Below, in pieces: positions 1 through 12,510 of a DNA stretch of 64,000 nt. Under the pieces are notes generated by a model. That model did no database searches, was not told where the DNA came from, and worked only from the letters and a program-made list of their open reading frames with translations. The DNA is from Eutreptiella sp. 'Long Island Sound 2002' (lineage: Eukaryota > Protista > Euglenida), in assembly GCA_964036045.1 (NCBI GenBank), contig OZ038378.1:199392001-199456000 (forward strand), written 5' to 3'. Position numbers and translations under genes: made by a program. Position 1 is the first letter of the stretch. Every line of letters begins with the position of its first letter.

Positions 1-3000
1 CCCGCTGCAATCGGTTCTCAGGAGCCACAGAACAATTTTTCTTTTGTCAAGCGCATCCACGGGGGGCTGCCGGCCAGGACCCGACCCCAAGGGAGGGGGG
101 GGGTCCATCCCCCCCCCTCTATGGACCTCAAAATGGTTGTATGGGTGAATGGATTTTGTGGGCTCCAGAGATTTTGTTTTAGGCATACGGCAGGGGGAAT
201 TTTTTTGTTTTACCCCATGTGTCTATACTCAAAACACTCGGAATTTTGTGGAGAATTCAAAAATGGGTGTCAAAAATGTTTTGACTCCCGATCCAACTTT
301 CAGGTCGGACCTTGGCTGATGGGAGCCTGAGCTTATGGGCAAACTTTTTTTGAAAAAATTTACCCCACTTGTGTATGCTCAAAATGATCAGCGTGTCATG
401 GGGATCATTTTGAGGTATGTATGTTGGGGTACGCAGGGCAAGCGGGGGGATGGTGCTAAGATGGGGATGCAATTCAAGTGCCGATGGGCATTATCCTGTA
501 GGGAGGACTGGATGGAAAGCAAAGCGCCCCACAAGTCTGTTTTTCCATGCATCCTGCAATTTTTTTCGGTGCTAATGATTGCCTACAACATGCAAATTAT
601 ATTTGCGTCACCTATGCCCGGAATCTATCAAAGCAGGGCGTTAAATTCCATGCTGCTGCATCAACTTCGAGGCGTCATGCCCAGCACAGCATCCAAGTCA
701 GGTGCAAAATGCGAGATATCTCTGATCAGATGGTGATGGGGTGTCCGCACTCTGACACCATTTGTGACTCCCCTCCCTTGATGGGTCGCTGCGTTGATTT
801 GGACGCTCAGCCCTCGCCATGGCATTCAATGTCGTCCTTAAAAGCCTCTGCATTGATTTACGATTTGAGTGCAATTTACAGAGTTCACCGCTTTCTCAGG
901 AGCGCTTCAATTGGGGCAAGTTGGCGATGCAGAGTTGGGCAATATCGATGCTAAAACACTGCTTCGACCAACTACCGGAGAGATAGCTCGAGCTGTTGCT
1001 GTTGCGGTGGATACGTGTCGCCATTGCACGCTGTGTTAGATCGTTTTGGTGGTCTCAGGCTAGTGCAGCGGTGCGACTGGATGGCTTTGGCAACACATGC
1101 CGAAGTCCCACGTGCCCAACAACGACGTGCACCTCTACTATTTCCGCACGTAATTGAAAAACGTGACCAACAAGCCGCAGGTGCTGCAGGCTATGTCCAC
1201 CACAATTGGGCGTGCCGCGCACCCGCCGGCATGCGTCGCATGCGCATCCGGTCGCCTTTGAAGGATTTGGATTCATGATTGGTTTTCGTTGTACCGAGAC
1301 ATTTGGTTGGCTTCAGTGGTGAGGGAAGTAGCTGCTGCAGCAAGCCTCAAGCAGGCGCTGCCTCTTCAGCAGTGCTGCATTGACTTGGGGCTGCAGGTCG
1401 CAAAATTCATGATGGTTGGCAGCCCCTTGGGAAGCAGCTTCTGGACGGTGAGACCAGGAACGTGAGACTGCAGTACCAATCAACTGCCCCATGTACCGCA
1501 AGTGAAATGGGTTGCGGTTGGGGAGGTGTGCTGCTCAATTTTCGGGTCACCCGTACCTGCAACCTCACAGCCCAAGGCCAGTCAATGCGGGCACCATGGT
1601 TGCTGCTCGCGGAAATGTGTATGCGGTGCAACCCCCGCCAGGCAATGCTCAACAAGTTGAGCTCTGGAATATCCATCACTTAGTAGGAGCCACCAATATC
1701 TGATGGGGTTTCCCCGCATCAATGCACATCTGAGGCATCATCACTCAGCAGCATTCGGTACCCCTGTCGATTATGTCTGGGCGTCTGAGTGTCTGGGCCC
1801 TGTGCAAAAGGCCTGTGTGGTTCCCATGAAATGTGCACGGGTTCCCCATTGCTGTGTCGTTAAGAAGCCGCGAACATCTGAGAAATCGCTGACAAATCTG
1901 TCGGTGGTCAGTGCGGGGGTCAAAAGAGCCAAACTCCCTGCACTTCGCCAGTCCACGTTCCATACGCGCCCTCTCCAGCCCCACATTTGGTGGAAGGACA
2001 CGCAGACACTCTGTTGGTCTCAAGGACTGCAATGCGCACTCTTTTGGTTTCCAATCAGGGACTCCAGCGGGTTGTTGGACAACGCTGTTGCGTTTTCGCA
2101 GGCGGTTATGGCACGGAAGGGCCGCATGTTGGTTGGCGGAAATCCTGAAGCTGGGGAGGGAGAGTCGAGGGGAGATTGGCAACAAGGGCCCAGGCGCACG
2201 TCTCAGGTGTGGACTACACCCTGACGGCCGCAGTCATTTCTACTTTGCACGGGGACGTCAACGCAAAAAGCGATTGGAAAATTGGAAACTCGGAAAAATG
2301 TCGCATGACGTAGACATTGGTGGAACTGCTTAACCATGCCCTGAACAACAGCATGCAAATGAGATAAGATTCATCATGATGTGCCCCATGTCTTACATTG
2401 CTGCTGGGTGCCTCTGCAGCTTCATTATTTGCCATTTGTTCTTAAACAGCGATGCCTCCCTGGTTGGTAATTCATTCCCTGTGCATGTATGCAGGCACCA
2501 TGCAAAATGTTTTGTGGCTGTGGGGCAGTGATCGGTGGCCTTGACAAAGCCCAGCGGGAGCATGAGAAGAGTGGGAGGGACAGAAGTTTGTTGCAAAGCG
2601 AGAAGTCAATGCGGCCGCTGCAGTTTCGGGTGGTTTCCAAGGAGGCCAAGGTACAAGCAGGCAGTAGGCACAAGCAAGCGGCCAGGTTGGGACCCGCATT
2701 ATATGAATTCCCCCAAGGGCAGAGAGAGCGAAGTGAAAAAGTAAAGCAACAGGCGAGGCCGTGCAGTTTGTGGCACGTCTGGCAGCACCACCGTGCAAGG
2801 CATAGGTGGGGGTGGGATGCCTAACCCGGGAGAGCACTTGAAGTTTTGCATTCAACAGTTTTTGCACCGCCCCTTCCAAAATGGAAATGACAAGGGGGGA
2901 CGTGGGTCTCATCTTGGGTGGGTGGGTCTCATCTTGGGTGGGTGGGTCACAAGCTCCAGACCCCACCCCGTCCTTATAGCTGAAGCCCGGCTTTGACACC

Positions 3001-4940
3001 AACAAGCAGTGCCATAGGCTTGCGTGACACCCTCTGATGGGTGTTGATTGGCTGACCATACATACAGAGGAACATGTTTTGCAGCCGATCAGCACTGAAG
3101 CATCAAATTGGGCACTTGCGTGGTTGATTGGAACAAAGGCCGACACTGCCCACTACAACCCAGACGCTCTTGGGACAGAAAGACCCACTGCAACGTACAG
3201 AGGATAGGTGGGCCTCAAATAAATGACGGTTGCTATCAGAGTTGGAGAAACTGACCTCAAAGGGGTGGCCTATTGCATGGGGGGCCGACAACTCAATATG
3301 TCATTCGATCCCATACGCACGGAACGGTGTTGTATTTTTAGGAGCTTTGCCCCTGCAAATGACAGAGGACCGTCTGGTGCTGGCACCAGCATCACACTGC
3401 TGCACAGCATCATACTGCAATGGAAAACACCACACAGCACTGCACAACAGCAACCAGCACGCAGCAGGCAGCAGGCCTGCACCCAGCCATTCACCCACGT
3501 GCCCCCCCCCCCCTGCCCTTCACCGCCTGGGGAGGAATGGGTCTACTGTCACGAAACAAGTGTGGGATGAAGATATTCGGCCATAGTGAAGGCCCCGAAC
3601 ACCCGGGGAAAGATGTGCTATCGGGAATGCCGTTGCACTGCGTGCATTGGCATGGCCAAGGATGTATCAGAACGGCTGGCAACCAAAGGAGGAAACCCTC
3701 CCTTGCAGGCTCCCCACCAGACCCAGATTTGACAAAAATGAAATTTCCTGAAGGAAAGTTCATTTAGGCTATTTTTGGTACACAAAATTTTGGGTTCTAA
3801 CCCCCCCCCCCCCATTCTCTCTCCTAATGGATTGTGCCCCAGGAATTGGGGACCGTTTGGCGCGCAGTGCTGGGTCCAAACCCAAGCTACTGTGGCAAAG
3901 TGCCCATTCACCGAGCCCCTCTCGAGATGTGGTGCCAAGTGGAGAGGGGTAGTGAGCCTAACGTAAAGGCCAAGTCCGCTCAGAGCATCGACATGCTCAT
4001 TCAGTTCCCCCCCTTGACATGTTATTAGTGTCCAGCAGGGCAACTGAGTTCCGTTTGGAATCAGCCCCATACCATGTGCCAATATATAATATCCGTGCCT
4101 GTCGCAAGCACAACTCAGTAGGACTAAGCTGCATCCCATGTCCGACTCAGTAGTATTCACCTCATTCGGGTCTTGTGTGACCTGGCGGACACTCGTGGCA
4201 GTCCTATCAAAGGATGCTACTGAACTGCCCTGTGTTATTTTTGCACCATGAGTGGGACTGACGGCGCTTTTAGCAACGTCCCCGTCGCAAAAGGAGGGCT
4301 GCTCAGGCAGGCCTGGACGGGCAGCCATGAGCCTGTTGCAGGGGGAACGGCTGATGTTGCACTGCATGCGCACTGTGTGCACTGCCGTGGCACTCCGTGC
4401 CGTGTAACACACCCAGTATCTGACATGCAGCTGGCCTCTCTGCATATGTTGGGCCATGCAACCCTGATGCTACTACTTCTGATGCACAATTTTTCGTATT
4501 GTGTTTTACAGCAGTGTCCACTGCCATGTCTTTTGTTGCTCGTGGTTGTGCTTGTTCCTTGGAATTTGGGGGGGGGGTGCACAGTTTATAGGTCAGCATG
4601 CAATATTAGTTCCACTGCTCACCATGCAGCATTGCTGCCTCTGTGGTGTCTTGTCCCCCACCGGCACGATGAGGCCACTAAATCACCTCGAAGAGAGGTT
4701 GTTAGATCAAGCGCAGGTGTGGAACCTTACACCCCCCCTTTTTGGAGGTTGTTCGCGTAGCACACCCGAAGGCATGATATTGGATGTCTCCCCCCTTGTA
4801 AAATCATTATTTTCCCTGACGAAACGACCCCCCAATGAATTTTTTGATTTTGAGGCCTCTATCCCCCTGAAACTGAATGCCACATTTTAGGAGGGGGGGG
4901 GGGTGGGGGGGGGGGGTTGGGGGTCAAAATTTTGTGCTTA

Positions 4941-5070
4941 TAGGGATTTGAACCAGGGTCAGCTGAAAAAGAATAACGAGTCCACTGACCCGCGCCGGCG
5001 CTTGCTGGCCGGGATTGGACCCGGCGACATTTGAGGTGATAGGCGAACGTTCTACCACTCGATCACCCCT
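4941..5070 (-). mobile_element. tRNA-derived SINE head (tRNA-Val-like) with a second B box
   Basis: gagtggtagaacgttcgcctatcac…gccgggtccaatcccgg, then ggttcaaatccc. The anticodon stem does not pair. Confidence 0.55.
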
Positions 5071-5617
5071 TGCTCCATTGGAATCAGGGTTCCCCACTGT
5101 TTGTAGATGAGGGAGTTGCACGCACCGTGCGCGCACCGTGCGAAGTTTCGATATTCATGTCTTAGTCCTGGTCACCCCTGGTACGCATGTCTTCTACAAT
5201 CGCGCAAGTACGGGTGATCGAGTCCCAGCAATTGTGTTGGGTTCTTCATCGCAGCCCGGGGACTTTTTGCGGATCCAATATGAAGTTGGTGGCAAAGTAA
5301 GAAAGTAAGAAAAGTAAGAAAAATTCTAGGTGTACCAACAGGGGCCAACAAGGGCAGAATTAGGGACACTTGGACATATGAAAACCATTAGACCCACCAG
5401 GAAGTAACAAAAAAAGCCCTGCAAGGCAGAAGGAAACACCAGATATCACCCAAAGGCCTTTGGCGACCATCCACAAGCGTTTGGGAACACACGCCAGAGT
5501 GGTTTGTTGTGGGCCTCTCCACTGGGTAAAATCCCCGGAAACACCGGAAAGGGGCCGCACCGTGCGACAACACCCCCGATGTAGTCCGCAACTGAAAAAA
5601 AGCCAAACTGTTTGTTT

Positions 5618-5705
5618 CTGCCTGCCTGTGTGCCTGCCTGCTTGCCCGACCGGCTGCCTGACTGACTGCTTGCCTGGCTGACTGACTGATTGGCTGACTG
5701 TCAGC
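5618..5705. repeat. Degenerate (CCTG/ACTG)n tetranucleotide repeat
   Basis: Direct observation. Confidence 0.85.
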
Positions 5706-5879
5706 CTCTCTTTAAGGTGGCTTGCTGAAGGCAATAAAATTTGCAATCCAGGTGTCCTCCAATTTTAGGTCAGGCTGAGGTTGTTTCCAGAAGCGACCAC
5801 ATGGTTTGTTTGTCCCTCCCACAACTTAAGGGGGCCAGGCTGTTGGTAAAGAACCGCTAAACGGACCAACCCCTTGGGG

Positions 5880-6360
5880 AGGGGAGGAGACGCAGAAAAT
5901 TCCCGTGAGGGATCCATGAAGTTGGAGATAGGGGACATGCTTGATGACACAATCGTGTTCTATGACGTCCCACCGTGGCTAGAAGATGACGAAGTGGGAC
6001 TGTTGATTCAGCAGGCTAACGAGAGCACCGACTGCGTTACAGGGATTTTGTGGACGCTGGGGGACATGGACGCTGGGGACATGCACTCTGCGCGCGGCGT
6101 ATAAAAGTACCAGGGCTGCTGGGGATGGTGGGCAATGTGCTAAGAGACCAGGAAGCAACAGCATGCATGCATCCAATCAGCCAGAAATAGTATAATGCTG
6201 AGTGCAGTCGGGAAAAAGGAGGCGATGGAGAAAAGCAAAGGAAAAGGGTGAGAAGGTCAGGGAGGAGACTCTTCGGGCAGTACGGGGTCGGGCAGCCAAC
6301 GGAATGTTTGCTATGCCGATGCTGCTTGGGGACGGGGAAAAGGCAAGGGCAAAGACTAAA
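5880..6360 (+). mobile_element. Possible LINE ORF1-like relic
   Basis: IVFYDVPPWLEDDEV..., then a frameshifted YADAAWGRGKGKGK tail. No diagnostic motif. Confidence 0.3.
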
Positions 6361-7224
6361 TGAACAATGCTGGGTGCCAACCTATTTACAGCTCCATACC
6401 GCTGACCTTAGTGACATCAAATTTGAATGGGCCTTAGGGTATCTGTTAGGGTTACCCTTAACCCTAATGGATGGCAATGGGTTCTGCCGTTGCTCCCGTG
6501 ACACAAACATCTGGTTTTGACACTGAAAAGATTGAATTGTCTGTATTGGGAGCCAAAGAGCATCATCTTGAGAAACCCAAGAAATGGACCAAGAGAGACA
6601 TGGTTACGAGTGAACTACATCAGTTGTTGGCCAAGACCAGATGGTAGGTCCTGGCCAAGCTGCGTGGAACTGGCTTGGAACCTTGGCGCAGGAGCCTTTA
6701 GTCTACATCATTCTCCACCCAACAGGCAGAGGAGAGTGCTGGGAGCCGTTCTATTAGGCAGTGATGGGCAGAGATGGTTATGGTTCACTTCCCAAATGAT
6801 TCAATGCAACAACAGAGGCTGAGAGAGGCTGAAGACATGCCTACAACCAACACGAATTTTATTTCGGAGCCTCCAAGCGGTGCCTTTGGGGGATTTAAAC
6901 TCAATTCTGTTCCCACCCTGGGACAACCATGAGACAACTGGTCTGTTTACAAAAGGGGTGATGGTATTGCAATCAGTCAAGGTAGTCAAGGCGGGATTGG
7001 CGTGAGAGTAAATGAAGGTAGCGTGGCCACAATGGGATTACGAGACACCTCGCCCCAAGTTTTTCCGGAACTAGAGGCGGGTGTGGAGGTTGGGGTGACG
7101 TGAGGGGATGGATAATAGACCCGGTGTTGTTGCCCATGTCCGTTTCAGAGCATATTGAGTATCTATATTATACACTTTCACACACACACACACACACATA
7201 TATGGCCACTACGATACCTACAAT

Positions 7225-7719
7225 ATGAGGCTTGGAAACCACAAAAAGTGGGGAGTTGCGGGTGGACCAGGCGCCCCCGGATTTCGGATTTGAGGCACGT
7301 AGCCCAAGATACGGCTTGTTCTTGGTTTTCAGGCTGTTTGACACAACCTGCACACATTTTGGGCTATGTTTAGCCTTTTTCTTGGCCGTGTCTCAGGCAC
7401 ATCGTGGAGTTAGAGGGCAACAAAGGGCTCTTTGGGGAGGTCAACCCGCGCGTGCAATGTAGCAAGCATTTCCCTTCGTTTGGCCGTTTTGACTGAGTTC
7501 TAGGGCTGTTTTGGGCAAAAAAATGGCTGTTTTTGGCCAACAATGGCGCAAATTTGGGAAGGCACCTCCTGATTTGGCGGCTACGCCCCGGGGCACCATC
7601 GGTGAGTTGGGGGCTCAAACTTCGGACTTGGGAAGGCCATGTGTCAATGTGCGGAATGTGGGCTAGGGAGCAATAGCCAAAACACAAGAAGTGATTGTTG
7701 TTGCTTGTTAGCTAGATTT
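7225..7719 (-). repeat. Dispersed ~500-bp repeat, copy 1
   Basis: Collinear with 62744-63275. Both start aaatctagctaacaagca and share cagtcaaaacg.ccaaacgaagggaaa, ttgccctctaactccacg and gccgtatcttgggctacgtg. Confidence 0.85.
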
Positions 7720-9800
7720 GAGGCTATCTGTATCCCCCTCCAGGCCCGCAGCCAAAATACTCGGCGAAGAATACACCGCTCTACAACGGAATCACAGGAC
7801 GCCCGCATGAAGGACCTTTGGATACGTGAGGCGTCGTTGTTGATCCCGAGAGCGATGACTGCAAGCGGGACCCCACTGCCACTTTTGTTGCGGCATAAGC
7901 GGCGTAGAGTTCGGCCTTCTTGAGGGACTTGACCCACTTGGGGCACAAGTAGGTACGGTAAACACCTGGGGCCCCAACGACCCCAGCTTGGAACCCATTG
8001 TCCACGATCGCGGCGTCGCTGAACATGGCAAAGGTGCACTTGTGCGCAGCCGCACACTTGGCCAAGTCGTGTTTGGGGAAGCCTAGCATGAGAGCTTTCC
8101 CCGTGGCGCGCGCCAGAGCGTGTGTGAACCAGAGCGATCCAGCACAAATATTGCGGCAGGCTCTTGCAAGGAATGGCACAGCTCCACCCATGGGTCTCAT
8201 GATCCACTGCAGCCTGCCCAAAAGGTGCAACATCTCTCGGGGGCTCGCCTTTCCACTGCCTATGGCTTAGACCCATAGCCGCAGCCCCGTTGCCATCATC
8301 TTCGGCGTATTAGATATGGACCTGCTCCGCGAATTTAGCCGCTTACCGAGGAACGTAATATCTGTATAGGGAGTCATTTCTGATTTGGGGCTGATAAGGA
8401 ATCCGGCGTTGGTGAGTGCTTGGGCTGCCGCCCGGATGGCTTTAGCCGCCTCCTCAGGGGAACGTGTAGTGACCAGGACGCTGTCCAAGTAAACGTGCCA
8501 TGTTACGTTGTGTGTGTGTAATGCGGATGATACGATTCCACTGAGAAGCCGGTGCCAAATGACCGGCGAATATTTCCACCCAAAAGGCAGGCTGGTGAAG
8601 CGCCGCCGTTGCTTACCTGCGCGGGAGCCTTATGCTCCAGAAAGCGTTGGTCAAATCCAATTTGCACATATAGATGCGACCCGCAGCCTCACGTTCGAAC
8701 CGCTCTCTGATCTGCGACAGGGCCAGCAGGCGCGCTTTTGGAGGCGGGTGCGGATACAGATCGTTGATCCCAGTGGCCTTCAGGAGGCATCTGCATTTGG
8801 TGCTGGACTTCGGGCGCAGAAAATCAGTCGCCGTTGGAGGCGCTGCTGCTGGTTTTACGCCCCGCGTGACAGCATGAAGGGAGTGGAACATGCGTGAGAG
8901 GTGGCGTGATTGCCGGTGGAACTTTCGCAGATCCGGCTGCGCCCCTAGCACTCATTTTCGGTATATGGCCGGCAGCCCACTGGTACACATTTGCGCGAGA
9001 GCGAATGTGCAACGGACATGTGCCCCGCTGGTCCCAGTCCGGCTGCTGCCACGGATTCTAGGATGTCCATTGCTTGCGTTGGTTTGGGCGCGGGCGTCTG
9101 GTTGTCGTAGAGGACATCGTCTTCAACAAAGAGCCCTTAGTCAGCCACCGGCTGCAGGACCGTGGCATACATGGGCCTGGCGTCGTCCCCTCCACGGATG
9201 TCCCCTAGCGCCTCGAAACTATCTTGGAGGGCTGCCTGCACCATTGCTTGCCTGCCGCAACGTACCCCCGTGAGCTCGGACACATTTTTGGCCAGTGCCG
9301 TGACCCTCGCTCGCAGTTGTCCCCCATGCTTGTCAGACCCAACGTCGCCGCTTTTCCCCACTTTGTCCCGCGATCGACGCAGTCCTGTCAGGTCGCACGG
9401 AGCGCGCCCTCCGCGGCGTGCAGGGCTGGGAGCGCCCTTTGGGAGTTTGGTTTCGGTCCCACGGCGCCCATAACTACAGGGTGGTTCCCGGGCACTCAGA
9501 CCAGCCAAGCTCCTACGCCTTGAGATCCGATGGCACGACAAGCCCCCCCCCCGCGTGAAACTCCCAGTCGGATTTCGGGTATGCATACACCCGCAGCCGG
9601 ACAGGCCTAGCCTCCCCAGCGAAGAATGGCTGATGTGGGCGCCCCAGAAGGCGGAGCTGCGCCGCCCCGTAGCGGCGCCATGCGTGCCAGAGCAGGAAGG
9701 CGCATCCGGACCCCGGCCTACCCACCATGTCCCGCACGAGGGAGTGCAGGACGGCCCTTGTGGGCGACTAGGCCAGTCGGTGAGGGTGGTATCGGTCTTT
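7720..9800 (-). mobile_element. Decayed tyrosine-recombinase retrotransposon (VIPER/TATE-like order YR -> RT -> RNase H)
   Basis: YR C-terminus at ~9540-9740: WHAWRRYGAAQLRLLG/APTSAILRWGG*/..RVYAYP (HxxR..W..Y, frameshifted). RT: FLRPKSSTKCR, KLDLTNAFWSI, LPFGWKYSP, VYLDS (YLDD mutated). RNase H: FSDAA, AELYAA. Confidence 0.85.
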
Positions 9801-10149
9801 ATAGGATCGATGATCCATTGGTTTTCATCACTTGCGCATTAGCTACACAATGCGCTACAACTGAATTTTGCACGTTCTCATGTACATAGAATAGTGGAGC
9901 ACCCCAACCAAGAAGGGGGCATATGCATTTGTATGAGAATTTGCGGACTAATGGCTGAAAGTGTCTATGGCGGGAACATTCGGCCGATCGATACCAACCA
10001 TTGATCCCCCGAGGCCGAAGGACTACCCCGGGGGGGCCCACAACGGTAGCGAAGGTATGGGGGAGGCTAGGACTGCAGGAATGCTGACCCCAGCGAGCAC
10101 CGAACAATCCAGGGCGTCCTTGTGGGGCCCCTTGCCGCCGGAGATGACG

Positions 10150-12510
10150 TCCTCCATCACCCATGCAGCCGAGGAACCCGTTTGGACCGGAGGACACAAG
10201 CGAGGAGTTGAGTGGTACCGACGTCGAGGACGAGGAGTTCGATGTGGGCCCCGGAACGAAGGTCGCTATCTCAGCGCAGGGCTACGCGGACGACACGTAC
10301 ATGCTGGCCCTCAGCTTGCTGGCTTTGCTGGCAGTGCTGGCGGCGACCAGCAAGTGGCTCCAGGCAGCCGGATAGGAGGTCAACGCGAAAAAGTCGCTCG
10401 CCTTCTCGGCGACCATCTTGGTTCGCGGGAAGCCCCCGGAGCTGCGGGGGACACTTGACAGAGTGGAGCTCCCGGTGCAGCAAGAGTTTAGGCAACTGGG
10501 GGTGGCCGAAACGGGGTACCAGGCCCTTGCTGAAGCAACACATTGCCGATGGGAAGAGGGCTCTACGAACGGCGAGAGTGATCCTAGGAGGATTGGACTG
10601 CAAGGCCACCGTGGCAGCCGTGATGATTGTGGCAGCGGCGCTATTCAGCATCGAGTTGGCAGACATCGCTCTTGACCTTGGATAGGGCGTATCGCAGAGG
10701 CCTCAAGCCGCATGACCGGTGCCCATACTGCGCACAAGGGGTGCCAGAGGACAAGGACCACCTGCTATGGTGGTGCGCGGTGTGGAAGGCAGTCAAGGCA
10801 CCATTCCTGGCAGAGGTGATGTTGCTGGCCAAGGCAATCAAGCTGGGGGCGCTGTCCGATTGGCCCCTTGCATACGGTTATGCGGGCTCATACCGGAGAG
10901 CATGGTCAAGCGTAGCGGGATGGCCCGCGGGGCGGGGTGGAAGAAGCGGTGCAAGGGATTCGACCGAGTGCCCCGTTACTGGTAGCCTAGTGCACATGAG
11001 GCGCGAGAAAACACCGAACTGGCCCTCATGGGGATGATAATGAAAACCCGCTGGAGCAGTTCGTCCACAAGCTGCATGGGATGTTCTTGCCGGTGCGGGC
11101 CAGGAAGGAGGAGGAGGACTAGGCCGGCCTCTTGTTCCCGGCGCCATAAGGCGCTGCAGGACCGCTACCCGTGGCACCAGCTGCAACTCCCAGGACCCAA
11201 GGCGTACCTGACGTACGTTCCCCCCATTGGGCCCCTGCCCCGAGATTGGAAGTGGGGAGCAGATTTTCTGCCGGCCCTATTGCGGTGGCTCACTCGGTTG
11301 ATGTGGCTGCCCCCAAAAGAGGGGCCCCCGCAAGGGCAGAGCCAAGTGTCCTTCATGGAGCTCGTGTTGGATTTTGAGTCCCATGCATCCCACTGACACC
11401 ACAGGCGCGGTTCAAGGGATAGGAGTTGTCTCTGCAAAAGAAAGGGCGGCTCCGGCTGACGGTCACCCTCCTGGGCAGAGCACTGGGGACGGAGTCCATC
11501 TTGCCGGCGCCCATCACCACCAGGTGCCAGTCCCTCGTCCCGCTGGGGGCGGCAACGGTAGTGGGGTCAAGGGAAGACCTCTATTCACGCACCCCATGGC
11601 AGTAAGGCATCACCTGCAAAGGATGAGGCAATATAGTGCAGAGCGCTGGGCCCCGCAGCAGCAGGCCCGGGTGTCACGGCGGAAACGGAAAGCGCCACAG
11701 GGGTAGGCCAAACCGGCAGGATGCGCAGCGCCTATGGCGGGACAGCGAGAACGTTGCCCGGGGAGAGGAGGAGCGAAACGCAGTGTCGGGGCGTACGGGA
11801 TGGATTTTTACGCGGGGCCAGTCCTGCTCCAAATCGCCAGGCGGGGACTGTAGTACCAAGTGGAGGAGCAGTGTGATTGTCCCCAGACGGAAGTGGGGTG
11901 CGCACTCTTCATCCCGCCGGGCAGCTGCCCTTGGGCTAGGCGCCATGAAGTTTGGCCGCGGCTGCCGCGGCTATGGCTGTGCGACACACACCAACACAGA
12001 CAATGTGCCGCCTGTGCGGCAGTGAGCAAGGGGGTAAGGCACTGTTGTGCCAGAGGCCACCCTGGGCACTCCCGCCGCCCCCCGCCGCCTCAGCATAGCT
12101 GCGCGACATGGCACCAGCGGCGAGAGCATGTACCCCCCCCCCCCCTGGGGGGTCGACCAAATGGCGCAGGGCGCAGCGGCAACAGCTGCTTGAGGCTGAC
12201 AGGGGGCGAGCCTCTAAGAGGGGGAGCTTGAGGCCGCTAGGGGGCGAGCCTTTAAGAGGGGCAGGGCAGAGACCCCCCCCCCCCGCCAAAGGGGCATGCC
12301 CGCAGCCATAGAGCGAGGCACGGCATGGACGTGTAGGGATGGAAGTGACCTAAGCCCCCATACTCCACAGGTTCTGGCTCAGGCGAGGCCCCCGGCTGAG
12401 ACCCGAGCAGGCGCCACACAGGACAACTGTGCGTTAGACTGTATGCTTTTGGAGGCGCCTCAGGCGACCATGGGGGCCCTGGACCCATACGGGCCTCCCT
12501 CTATAATATT
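10150..12510 (+). mobile_element. 5'-truncated, internally deleted LINE (non-LTR retrotransposon): RT C-terminus, zinc finger, Cys-rich C-terminus
   Basis: QGYADDTY (10280s); VNAKKS...FRQLGV; CPYCAQGVPEDKDHLLWWC (CCHC); later CDTHQHRQCAAC..CC..GH. Multiple stops and frameshifts. Confidence 0.85.

Noticed and set aside
3190-4400. Possible decayed multi-exon gene (GWPIAWGADNSICHSIPYARNG..., VLGPNPSYCGKVPIH...)
   Set aside because: Fragments look protein-like but contain stops, cannot be joined in phase and match no family I recognise.
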